NCBI GenBank assembly: GCA_051878455.1
Contig: JBJEKD010000047.1
Coordinates: forward strand, 10,993-74,992
Direction of reading: 5' to 3'
DNA: 64,000 bases
Source: Muribaculaceae bacterium
Lineage (GTDB): Bacteria > Bacteroidota > Bacteroidia > Bacteroidales > Muribaculaceae
Shown here: positions 28,410 to 37,116 of the stretch, piece by piece
Layout: each line of letters opens with the position of its first letter
How positions within the stretch are numbered: the stretch's first letter is position 1
Translations under genes and position numbers: made by a program
The notes under the pieces: model-generated
Told to the model about the DNA's origin: nothing
Seen by the model: the letters and a program-made list of their open reading frames with translations, nothing else
Databases searched by the model: none

Positions 28410-31400
28410 ATGAGTTTATATGCAAGTGCGGTAAAACGGCCGGTAATGACCAGTCTCTGCTTTGTGGCAGTGATTATCCTCGGTTTGTTTTCCTATACAA
28501 AACTACCAATCGACTTGTATCCGGACATCGACACGAACACCATTATGGTGATGACCTACTACACCGGAGCAAGTGCCAGCGACATTGAGCAAAACGTGTC
28601 GCGCCCGCTTGAAAACACCCTCAACTCTGTTGAGCACCTCAAGCACATCACATCAACCTCACGCGAAAACGTGTCGGTAATCACTCTTGAGTTTGAATAC
28701 GGCTACGACATCGATGTGCTCACCAACGATGTGCGCGACAAACTCGACATGGTGTCGAATAGTTTGCCTGACGACGCTAACACTCCGTTTATCTTCAAGT
28801 TCAGCACCGATATGATTCCTATCCTGCTGCTCTCTGTGGAAGCCGACGAAAGTACGCCAGGTCTGTATAAAATCCTCGACGACCTTGTTGCCAACCCATT
28901 GGCACGCGTCGACGGGGTGGGTTCGGTGTCGGTTAGCGGTGCACCCGAACGCGAGATTCACGTTTATGTCGACCCTATCCGTCTTGAGGCTTACAACCTC
29001 TCGGTTGAAGGCATTGCTTCAATCATCGGAGCCGAAAACAAAAACATTCCGGGCGGTTCGTTCGACATCGGTAACGAAACATATTCGCTGCGTGTGCAAG
29101 GCGAGTTTTCCGATGCAAAGCAGATGGAAGACATCGTTGTAGGCACATCGGGCGGTGCAAGCATCTATCTGCGCGACGTGGCTCGCGTCGACGACTCGTT
29201 GCAGGAACGCGCCCAAAAGACCTTCAACAACAACATTCAAGGTGGTATGATTGTGGTGCAAAAGCAATCAGGTGCCAACTCGGTGCAAATCTCAAACAAG
29301 GTGAAGAAGATGCTCCCGAGCATACAAAAAACCTTGCCTACCGACGTTAAACTTGGCGTGATTGTCGACACCAGCGATAACATCATCAACACCATCAACT
29401 CACTCACCGAAACTGTGCTCTATGCCCTCTTGTTTGTGGTGATTGTGGTGTTTGCATTCTTGGGACGCTGGCGCGCAACCATCATCATCGTCATCACCAT
29501 CCCTATTTCGCTTATCGCTTCGTTTATCTACCTGTTTGCAACCGGCAACTCGCTCAACATCATCTCACTGTCGTCACTCTCAATCTCAATCGGTATGGTG
29601 GTCGACGACGCCATTGTGGTGCTTGAAAACGTAACCACCCACATCGAGCGTGGTGCCGACCCGAAACAGGCTGCCGTTCACGGCACCAACGAGGTGGCTA
29701 TCTCGGTTATCGCCTCTACATTGACGCTTATCGCCGTGTTCTTCCCGCTCACTCTTGTCACCGGTATGACAGGTGTGCTGTTCAAGCAATTAGGTTGGAT
29801 GGTTTGTATCATGATGATTATTTCAACCACCTGCGCACTTTCGCTCACACCTATGCTTTGCAGCCAGTTGCTTCGCTTGCGCGGTGCCGAAAAGAAAGGC
29901 TTGTTGAAGAAGATGTTCGTTCCTATCGAAAAAGGCCTTGACGCCCTCGATACTGGCTACGCACGCCTGCTCAACATTGTGGTGCGCCACAAGACTACAA
30001 CCATTTTGGTGTGCTTGGGCATCTTTATCGGCTCAATGGGATTGATGAAATTCATCGGCAGCGAGTTCATTCCGGTGAGCGACAACAGCCGTCTTGGTGT
30101 AACCCTTGAATTGCCAATAGGCACACGCGTTGAGCGTGCCGAGGAAATCAGCCACCGACTCTACGATGAATGGATTACAAAGTATCCTGAAATTAAGATT
30201 ATGAACTTCACCGTAGGTCAAGCCGGCGACAACAACACCTTCGCCTCGCTGCAAAACAACGGCTCGCACATCATCTCCATGAACATTCGTCTGTGCAACC
30301 CAGGCGAACGCGAGCGCGGCATCGTGGAAATTGCAGCCCTCATGCGTGAAGACCTCAAGCATTACCCCGAATTCAAAAAGACTATCGTGAACGTAGGCGG
30401 TAGCCGTGGCGGTAGCATGAGCGGTCAGTCGACCCTCGACTACGAAATTTATGGCTACGACTTCACTGCCACCGACAGCGTGGCTCAACGCGTGAAGCGT
30501 CTGTTGCTCTCTTGCGAAGGTGCATCCGACATCACCATAAGCCGTAGCGACTATCAGCCGGAATATCAAGTCGATTTCGACCGCGAGAAACTGGCACTCT
30601 ACGGACTTAACCTGTCGACGGCAGCCACCTATCTGCGCAACCGCATCAACGGTAGCACAGCAAGTTACTATCGCGAAGATGGCGAAGAATACGACATCAA
30701 AGTGATGTACGCTCCCGAATTCCGTACTACTCTCGAGGACATTGAAAACATTCTCATCTACAATAGTCAAGGTAAAGGCGTGCGCATCAAGGACGTCGGC
30801 ACCGTGGTTGAACGCTTCAACCCTCCAACAATCGAACGTAAGGACCGCGAACGCATAATCACAGTGCAAGCCACTGTCGACGGCGTGCCAATGAGCCAGA
30901 TTGTTGAAGAAATGCAGCCTAAACTCGACCAACTCGACATGCCAACAGGTATCACCGTTGAACTCTCGGGTAGTTACGAGGACCAACAGGATTCATTCTC
31001 CGACCTCGCCACTTTGGGCATTATCATCATCATTCTTGTGTACATCGTTATGGCAGCACAGTTTGAATCGCTCACCTACCCTGCAATCATCATGACCTCG
31101 TTGCTCTTTGCCATCTCGGGTATTGTGCTCATCCTTTGGGCAACAAACACCAACCTCAACATCATGTCGATGATTGGTGCCATCATGCTTATCGGTATTG
31201 TGGTGAAGAACGGTATTGTGCTCATCGACTACATCACACTTAACCGCGAACGCGGCATGAGCATACGCACGTCGGTGGTTGATGGTGGACGCTCGCGTCT
31301 GCGCCCAATCATTATGACCGCACTCACCACCATCCTCGGTATGGTGCCTATGGCAGTTAGCCAAGGCGAAGGTGCCGAAATGTGGCGTCCTATGGGTATT

Positions 31401-31529
31401 GCCGTTATCGGCGGTCTTACGTTCTCAACTCTGCTCACCTTGCTCTTCGTGCCTACACTCTATTGCATCTTTGCTTACAACGGCGTGAAACGCGAACGCA
31501 AGAAACTGCGCAAAGGCAACAATGATTAA
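28410..31529 (+). CDS. Efflux RND transporter permease (AcrB/HAE1-like).
   Basis: 1039 aa with a 12-TM layout and two large periplasmic loops. It carries the conserved SISIGMVVDDAIVVLEN and LIGIVVKNGIVLIDY motifs. Confidence 0.9.
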   Translation: MSLYASAVKRPVMTSLCFVAVIILGLFSYTKLPIDLYPDIDTNTIMVMTYYTGASASDIEQNVSRPLENTLNSVEHLKHITSTSRENVSVITLEFEYGYDIDVLTNDVRDKLDMVSNSLPDDANTPFIFKFSTDMIPILLLSVEADESTPGLYKILDDLVANPLARVDGVGSVSVSGAPEREIHVYVDPIRLEAYNLSVEGIASIIGAENKNIPGGSFDIGNETYSLRVQGEFSDAKQMEDIVVGTSGGASIYLRDVARVDDSLQERAQKTFNNNIQGGMIVVQKQSGANSVQISNKVKKMLPSIQKTLPTDVKLGVIVDTSDNIINTINSLTETVLYALLFVVIVVFAFLGRWRATIIIVITIPISLIASFIYLFATGNSLNIISLSSLSISIGMVVDDAIVVLENVTTHIERGADPKQAAVHGTNEVAISVIASTLTLIAVFFPLTLVTGMTGVLFKQLGWMVCIMMIISTTCALSLTPMLCSQLLRLRGAEKKGLLKKMFVPIEKGLDALDTGYARLLNIVVRHKTTTILVCLGIFIGSMGLMKFIGSEFIPVSDNSRLGVTLELPIGTRVERAEEISHRLYDEWITKYPEIKIMNFTVGQAGDNNTFASLQNNGSHIISMNIRLCNPGERERGIVEIAALMREDLKHYPEFKKTIVNVGGSRGGSMSGQSTLDYEIYGYDFTATDSVAQRVKRLLLSCEGASDITISRSDYQPEYQVDFDREKLALYGLNLSTAATYLRNRINGSTASYYREDGEEYDIKVMYAPEFRTTLEDIENILIYNSQGKGVRIKDVGTVVERFNPPTIERKDRERIITVQATVDGVPMSQIVEEMQPKLDQLDMPTGITVELSGSYEDQQDSFSDLATLGIIIIILVYIVMAAQFESLTYPAIIMTSLLFAISGIVLILWATNTNLNIMSMIGAIMLIGIVVKNGIVLIDYITLNRERGMSIRTSVVDGGRSRLRPIIMTALTTILGMVPMAVSQGEGAEMWRPMGIAVIGGLTFSTLLTLLFVPTLYCIFAYNGVKRERKKLRKGNND

Positions 31530-31556
31530 TTCAACCATCACAAAACTGAATAAACT

Positions 31557-31850
31557 ATGAAATCGATATTTATAGCATTCGACCAAGCCTACTACGAGCG
31601 CATTATTGACGTGCTGCAACGAAGCAACGCACGCGGATTCACTGCCTGGCAGGAAGTCCAGGGTCGCGGCACTAAAACGGGCGAACCACACTTCGGCTCG
31701 CACGCATGGCCGTCAATTGCAAATGCCCTTATCACCATCGTCGACGACGACCAAGTGCAAGGCATCCTCGACAAACTACACGAAATGGACTTGGCAACAC
31801 CGAAACTCGGTTTGCGCGCCTTTGTGTGGAACATCGAACAAAGCATCTGA
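31557..31850 (+). CDS. Small P-II-like (GlnB-fold) transporter-associated protein.
   Basis: 97 aa. The beta-alpha-beta x2 pattern with GFTAWQEVQGRGTKTGEPHFG resembles the P-II T-loop region. It starts 27 nt after the RND stop on the same strand. Confidence 0.6.
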   Translation: MKSIFIAFDQAYYERIIDVLQRSNARGFTAWQEVQGRGTKTGEPHFGSHAWPSIANALITIVDDDQVQGILDKLHEMDLATPKLGLRAFVWNIEQSI

Positions 31851-31899
31851 TTGAGAAAGCGTTTTCAACAAATCTCAACATACACTCTTGAGTGAAACA

Positions 31900-31934
31900 G
31901 GCGGGAAGAATTGGTTCAAACCATTCTTCCCGCC
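31900..31934. terminator. Hairpin between convergent genes (probable bidirectional terminator).
   Basis: Stem ggcgggaagaattgg / ccattcttcccgcc (14 bp with one bulge). There is no clear U-tract on either side. Confidence 0.5.
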
Positions 31935-31968
31935 TGCCTATATTATTGCCCCGTTACGAGCATTGCCT

Positions 31969-32472
31969 CTACTCTACATTGGCAAACGAACGCTTATAAC
32001 TTGGATATACCCATCGTGCTATTGTAGCAATGTTAACCACCAAAAGCAAAGCGAACCCAATACTTGCCCACACTTTCGGGATAATCAAGGCAATGCCGTT
32101 CATATCGCCACCGCCAACAAACCTATATAACACCGAAAGATACAGCGGGTCGAGCACCAACAGAACGAGAGTGACATACCATGTCAAAGCCCGCAGGAAT
32201 GCGCTCTTAGCCCCACAGATGCGTTCACGCCACAGCACAAGCATCCAACCTATCACAAACGTGACAACGGCGCCTACAAGGCAAAACAACCCCATTTGCA
32301 TTGAAGTCATCTGCTCGTGGAACACATCAACCTGTATGCCCAAAAGCATAAAGTTCACCCGCTTGAGCACGCCATAATGCAAAGCCACAAGCGCATGCGC
32401 TCCTTCATGGACAAGAAAATAAATGATAATTGCCAAAACAAGGCTCACCGATTGTCGAGCACGTTTTTTCAT
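31969..32472 (-). CDS. Small polytopic membrane protein with an HExxH motif (putative zincin-type membrane peptidase, DUF3267-like).
   Basis: 167 aa with 4-5 hydrophobic helices. HEGAHAL lies at the end of the first helix. Confidence 0.5.
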   Translation of the reverse strand: MKKRARQSVSLVLAIIIYFLVHEGAHALVALHYGVLKRVNFMLLGIQVDVFHEQMTSMQMGLFCLVGAVVTFVIGWMLVLWRERICGAKSAFLRALTWYVTLVLLVLDPLYLSVLYRFVGGGDMNGIALIIPKVWASIGFALLLVVNIATIARWVYPSYKRSFANVE

Positions 32473-32825
32473 AATAGTTTAGTATATAAAAAATGATTAT
32501 TTTACAAACTCTCTTAGCGGCTCTCTCTTTTTCGCCTTTCGACAACTAATGATGCCAAACCGCTTTGCCGAACCAAAAAATACTGCCAATGCAACTAATG
32601 CGAGCAGTTTCGCATTTCCGGCACAACTAATTGAAAGTCTTACAATCACGTTAGACGTAATCGACAGTATTTAATCAAAAGACAAAAGTAATCTACTCTT
32701 TTATAGGATACAAATCTGCATAATATATCATCGCGCGATTTAACATTCCATAACAATTATGCTGATTCCTATCATCAATGAAGCCACTCATCGGCTATCC
32801 TTAATATATCAGCGACACCCATACC

Positions 32826-32869
32826 AGAAAAAAGCACCACTTGCCAACACATTGATTGGCAAGTGGTGC
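32826..32869 (-). terminator. Rho-independent terminator of tRNA-Thr.
   Basis: 13-bp perfect stem gcaccacttgcca / tggcaagtggtgc, followed on the minus strand by UUUUUUC. It lies 9 nt after the tRNA 3' end. Confidence 0.8.
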
Positions 32870-32878
32870 TTCAGTGAG

Positions 32879-32951
32879 AGCCACAAGCGGGACTCGAACC
32901 CGCGACCGTCTCGTTACGAATGAGATACTCTACCGACTGAGCTATTGTGGC
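32879..32951 (-). tRNA. tRNA-Thr (anticodon CGT).
   Basis: The minus strand reads GCCACAATAGCTCAGTCGGTAGAGTATCTCATTCGTAACGAGACGGTCGCGGGTTCGAGTCCCGCTTGTGGCT. It has a 7-bp acceptor stem, a GCTC/GAGT D-arm, the anticodon loop TTCGTAA, and a GCGGG-TTCGAGT-CCCGC T-arm. No CCA is encoded. Confidence 0.9.
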
Positions 32952-33012
32952 TGGAATCGTTTTTGGCAACGAGCATGTTTCGGAGAACAGCCCTGTTTTG
33001 CTAAAACGTATG

Positions 33013-33020
33013 CAAAGTTA
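33013..33020 (-). promoter_or_regulatory. -7 box TAacTTTG upstream of tRNA-Thr.
   Basis: The reverse complement of caaagtta is taactttg, ~60 nt upstream of the mature tRNA 5' end. Confidence 0.4.
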
Positions 33021-33026
33021 ATACAA

Positions 33027-34457
33027 TTATTTCTTTTTCGAATAAGTTAAGCGGATTTTTGCTTTCGAAAGGTCGAGTCGAGCCATCGAAGGTTTCGACA
33101 CTGCCGGTGCAACCTTAGTGAGAACCGACGATGCGCTATAATAGTAGGAATAACTCGACGACACCGATTCCGAACTGATGTCAACCGGAATGAGCGAAAC
33201 ATTCTCGTCGTCGTCGGTTACATCTCTGTTTGAAGCAAGCACGTCTATCACATATTCGCGAAGCCCGCTAAACACATACATCTCGCTCGAGGAATCATAG
33301 TAACCCACATAAGAGCGGCAACCGTCGGTGAGTTGATTTTCTTTGAAGAAATCGTCCTTCTCACTTGTGCGTATGAGCATCACGCTCGAAGGCGGTTCTA
33401 AGCCATAGTCGTTTTCGATTGTTTCGGCAGGAATTTCGAGCCTCAACTCATTAATCACCTTGAGGCTGTTAGAGTCGAGCAGATACTTTTCAACGATTTC
33501 ACGAATAGGCAACTTCATATCCACCTGATAGCCTTGTGGGGCAACGAGCAGAGCCTCTCCGGCTTCAACCTGTTGCTTCAGTTTTTCGTCAACTTGCATG
33601 TTGATGATGTTGTTCACCAAAATTTCTGGAGTGGCAGCCATACAACCAATTGAGTCGAACACAATGGTGTCGGTGTCGAATTCCGTCTTATATTTTCTGT
33701 GATAGAACAACTCAACTTCGGTGTTATTGAAATTCATCACACGGCCGCTGCCAAAAGTGCTCTTGATATAAAACCCTGGGAAGAATTTCGAGAACTCGTC
33801 GGGAGAACTGAATGTGGCAGGATTGTTCTTAAACTCTCTCAGCAACGATTTGCCAATCTCAACCGGCAATTCAACACGAGCCTCACGCAATTCATAGTAT
33901 TTAGTAGAATACGTCGACACGTCGTAGTAACTTTGCAAGTGAGAGTCGCGCTCTGCGGTCGACTTATCCATATCGCTTGCAGTGTAGGTTGTTTTTGCAA
34001 GCAATTCGTTTTCGTCGTAATACTCCGTAGGGTCGAAATCGCTATAAATCGGGTTTGGCAACTGCTTTTTCAGTTTGTACACACTCATTTGCATAGGCAC
34101 AATGGAATCGCCGGTGAAACCCGAGCCTGCTTGAACATACATAACCAAACGCAAGCGGTCGATGGTTTCTTCGGTAACGCCTTCGGTGGTGAGATTGCCA
34201 ACAGGCATCATCTCGGTGACAACATCCGACGACAACTGCCCGTAATTGTCGGCTTTAATTTCGCCCAAAAGTTGCATTGTGGTGCGGGCTTTGACACGCG
34301 GAATAGCCACCGAATATCCAGTGATTGTGAACGACGAGTCGGCAACAACCGATATTGTAGTGTCGGATAGCGAATTACCCACATTTGAATTATCCTCGCA
34401 CGAACATACCAAACCAGCCAAAACAACTGCCGATATATAATAGAAAAATCTTCTCAT
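33027..34457 (-). CDS. DUF4270 family lipoprotein.
   Basis: I trimmed to the Met giving MRRFFYYISAVVLAGLVCSCEDNS (lipobox). The position immediately downstream of the short glycogen synthase gene is the usual Bacteroidota arrangement for this family. Confidence 0.6.
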   Translation of the reverse strand: MRRFFYYISAVVLAGLVCSCEDNSNVGNSLSDTTISVVADSSFTITGYSVAIPRVKARTTMQLLGEIKADNYGQLSSDVVTEMMPVGNLTTEGVTEETIDRLRLVMYVQAGSGFTGDSIVPMQMSVYKLKKQLPNPIYSDFDPTEYYDENELLAKTTYTASDMDKSTAERDSHLQSYYDVSTYSTKYYELREARVELPVEIGKSLLREFKNNPATFSSPDEFSKFFPGFYIKSTFGSGRVMNFNNTEVELFYHRKYKTEFDTDTIVFDSIGCMAATPEILVNNIINMQVDEKLKQQVEAGEALLVAPQGYQVDMKLPIREIVEKYLLDSNSLKVINELRLEIPAETIENDYGLEPPSSVMLIRTSEKDDFFKENQLTDGCRSYVGYYDSSSEMYVFSGLREYVIDVLASNRDVTDDDENVSLIPVDISSESVSSSYSYYYSASSVLTKVAPAVSKPSMARLDLSKAKIRLTYSKKK

Positions 34458-34479
34458 ACAATTAAGTGTGTAGAAACGA

Positions 34480-35286
34480 TTATAACGATTTATAAAACTC
34501 AATATATGCCTCTGCATTCACCTCCTCGCCATCGTAAGGCAAGAATGGTTTGCCTGAATCCTTAATGAATTGCACGATTTCAGGGTCGAGGTCTTTGCAA
34601 CGCTGCACAATGCCATCACTGTTTGCTATGGCAAGTTTTGTCAATTCCTTAAAATCGACCTGCTTGCCAACAAGGCCCTTAATCATGTCGTCGTCAATGC
34701 CGTCGGCTTGCAGTTTTTCAGCCAATCGAGCATCGAGCGGTGCCGCAAGGTCGTTTTCGAGAATCGAATACACAACTTTAGTGTCGCGGAACGAAGGGTC
34801 TTCGTTATAGAACTTCTTCAAATATATTGTGGCAAGTGCCGAAATCCAGCCTCCGCAATGCACAATTTCCGGGTCCCAACGCAATTTCTTCACAGTCTCA
34901 AACACGCCACGCACAAAGAATATGCTGCGTTCGTCGTTGTCGTCGGGCGAAGAAACCGTTTCCAACTCCTTGCAGATGTTACGCGAAAAATAATCGTCGC
35001 TGAATATGAAATATACTTGCAGACGCGCCGGTTGCAAAGTAGCCACCTTGATAATCAAAGGATGATCGGTATCGTCAATGATAAGATTAACGCCCGACAA
35101 ACGGATAACCTCGTGCAACTGATTTCGTCGCTCGTTAATACATCCATATTTCGGCATAAAGGTGCGAACCTCATAACCAGCCTCTTGCACTCGCTGAGGC
35201 AAAAACTGACCTGCAGTTGCCAACTTCGATGCCGGCAAATAGGGCGAAATTTCCTGTGATACAAATAATACCTTGCTAAATTCCAT
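34480..35286 (-). CDS. Glycogen/starch synthase, short Bacteroidota form (GT5 N-terminal domain).
   Basis: MEFSKVLFVSQEISPYLPASKLA is the typical GT5 N-terminus. The track start at 35367 is a GTG; I trimmed by codon offset to ATG (Met28). Confidence 0.75.
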   Translation of the reverse strand: MEFSKVLFVSQEISPYLPASKLATAGQFLPQRVQEAGYEVRTFMPKYGCINERRNQLHEVIRLSGVNLIIDDTDHPLIIKVATLQPARLQVYFIFSDDYFSRNICKELETVSSPDDNDERSIFFVRGVFETVKKLRWDPEIVHCGGWISALATIYLKKFYNEDPSFRDTKVVYSILENDLAAPLDARLAEKLQADGIDDDMIKGLVGKQVDFKELTKLAIANSDGIVQRCKDLDPEIVQFIKDSGKPFLPYDGEEVNAEAYIEFYKSL

Positions 35287-35618
35287 TGATTCGGATAATA
35301 ATTTTTTAGACTGCAAAGTTACAAAAAAATTTGCACTTTGCCTACACACACTCATCGCCTTATGCACATTCCAAACACTTTAAGCCTATTTTTCCCACAG
35401 TTTTCACAATTTTAAGCACTTCACATTGCATTTTAAACTTAATTTTAAGTCAATCAACTGTGCTTCTGCTCTTGTGTAACTCACAAATATGTGCTTATTT
35501 TGCAAAGATTTTCACCACAACACTTGCCAAATGTGGTTTTCATGGTCAATATTGGCACAAAAAATGCTGTGTCTATTCCATGGTTTATTTAAGAGAAAAT
35601 AATAAAATTAATATAACG

Positions 35619-36962
35619 ATGTTTGAGAATTTAAGCGAAAAACTTGAGAGATCATTTAAAGTCCTGAAGGGTCAGGGTAAGATTACCGAAATCAATGTGG
35701 CGCAAACCATGAAGGAGGTTCGCCGCGCCCTGCTCGACGCCGACGTAAACTATAATGTAGCCAAGCAATTCACCGACACTGTAAAGGCAAAAGCAATTGG
35801 TCAGAACGTAATCAACGCCATCAATCCTAACCAATTGATGATTAAGATTGTTCACGACGAATTGGCAAGCCTGATGGGTGGCGAGCAAGCCCCGTTCAAT
35901 GTCGAAGGCAAACCTGCCGTGATTCTCATGTCGGGTCTGCAAGGTTCTGGTAAAACCACTTTCTCCGGCAAATTGGCAAACAAACTCAAGCACGAGAAAG
36001 GCAAACGCCCTTTGCTTGTGGCTTGCGACGTTTATCGTCCTGCTGCAATCGACCAACTCAAAGTGCTCGGCGAGCAAATTGCAGTACCGGTTTATTCCGA
36101 GCCCGACAGCAAGAACCCTGTGCAGATTGCCCTCAACGCCATTAACGAGGCCAAAAAGCAAAACCTCGATTTGGTGATTGTCGACACCGCCGGTCGTCTG
36201 GCTGTTGACGAGGAAATGATGAACGAAATTGAAGCCATTAAACGAGCCATCAATCCTCACGAAACACTGTTTGTGGTGGATGCAATGACCGGTCAGGATG
36301 CTGTGAACACCGCTAAAGAATTTAACGACCGCCTCGATTTCGACGGCGTGGTGCTCACCAAACTCGACGGCGATACCCGTGGCGGTGCAGCCCTTTCAAT
36401 CCGCACGGTGGTGAACAAGCCTATCAAATTTGTTGGTACAGGCGAAAAGATGGAGGCTATCGACCCGTTCCGTCCTGCCGGTATGGCTGACCGCATTTTG
36501 GGCATGGGTGACATTGTGACCTTTGTCGACCGTATGCAACAGCAATACAACGAAGAGGAAGCTCGAAAACTGCAAGCTAAAATCGCGAAAAACAAGTTCG
36601 ACTTCGACGACTTCCTTAGCCAGATTGCTCAAATCAAGAAGATGGGTAACTTGAAAGACCTCGCTTCAATGATTCCCGGCGTGGGCAAAGCAATCAAAGA
36701 CATCGACATCGACGACAATGCGTTCAAGAGCGTTGAAGCCATCATACAATCGATGACTAAACAAGAACGGGCTAATCCCGACATTCTCAACTCGGGACGC
36801 ACAAGCGCAAGCCGCCGTCAGCGAATTGCAAAAGGCAGTGGCACTTCAATTCAGGAAGTGAACCGATTGCTCAAGCAATTCGAACAAACACGCAAGATGA
36901 TGCGACTTGCCACCACAATGAAAAATCCGATGAAGGCTATGCAAAACCTTCGCCGAAGATAA
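35619..36962 (+). CDS. ffh: Signal recognition particle protein Ffh.
   Basis: MFENLSEKLERSFKVLKG.., G-domain motifs GLQGSGKTT, DTAGR and TKLDGD, and a Met-rich M-domain. The track ORF 35331.. carries a spurious 96-codon leader from a TTG. Confidence 0.95.
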   Translation: MFENLSEKLERSFKVLKGQGKITEINVAQTMKEVRRALLDADVNYNVAKQFTDTVKAKAIGQNVINAINPNQLMIKIVHDELASLMGGEQAPFNVEGKPAVILMSGLQGSGKTTFSGKLANKLKHEKGKRPLLVACDVYRPAAIDQLKVLGEQIAVPVYSEPDSKNPVQIALNAINEAKKQNLDLVIVDTAGRLAVDEEMMNEIEAIKRAINPHETLFVVDAMTGQDAVNTAKEFNDRLDFDGVVLTKLDGDTRGGAALSIRTVVNKPIKFVGTGEKMEAIDPFRPAGMADRILGMGDIVTFVDRMQQQYNEEEARKLQAKIAKNKFDFDDFLSQIAQIKKMGNLKDLASMIPGVGKAIKDIDIDDNAFKSVEAIIQSMTKQERANPDILNSGRTSASRRQRIAKGSGTSIQEVNRLLKQFEQTRKMMRLATTMKNPMKAMQNLRRR

Positions 36963-36980
36963 TAAAAACTCATTCAACCC

Positions 36981-37030
36981 CACTCAGCATCTGTCTGCTC
37001 TGCTCGTAGCAGATGCTGAGTGTTTCTTTC
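36981..37030 (+). terminator. Rho-independent terminator after ffh.
   Basis: 13-bp perfect stem cactcagcatctg / cagatgctgagtg, followed by TTTCTTTC. Confidence 0.7.
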
Positions 37031-37116
37031 TTAAGCAGCCCTCTCTTGCTGCTCCTCCACGTTCCTCACTTCACCGGTTTCCTCACAAATTCATCCACAA
37101 TTATTTCCCCACAACA

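Noticed and set aside
30033-30986. 317-aa minus-strand ORF. The same reasoning applies to 55618..56481 (287 aa), 14298..15101 (267 aa) and 34570..35259 (229 aa).
   Set aside because: Each is antisense to a gene with strong family motifs (RND pump, M1 peptidase, alpha/beta hydrolase, glycogen synthase). Their composition is typical of GC3-rich antisense frames.
31888-32130. 80-aa plus-strand ORF.
   Set aside because: It starts within the convergent-gene hairpin and runs antisense into the HExxH membrane-protein gene. It has no motif.
35331-35618. 96-codon N-terminal extension of the ffh ORF in the track.
   Set aside because: It starts at a TTG, is Cys/His/Leu-rich nonsense, and overlaps the divergent promoter region. 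The canonical Ffh N-terminus MFENLSEKL begins at 35619.
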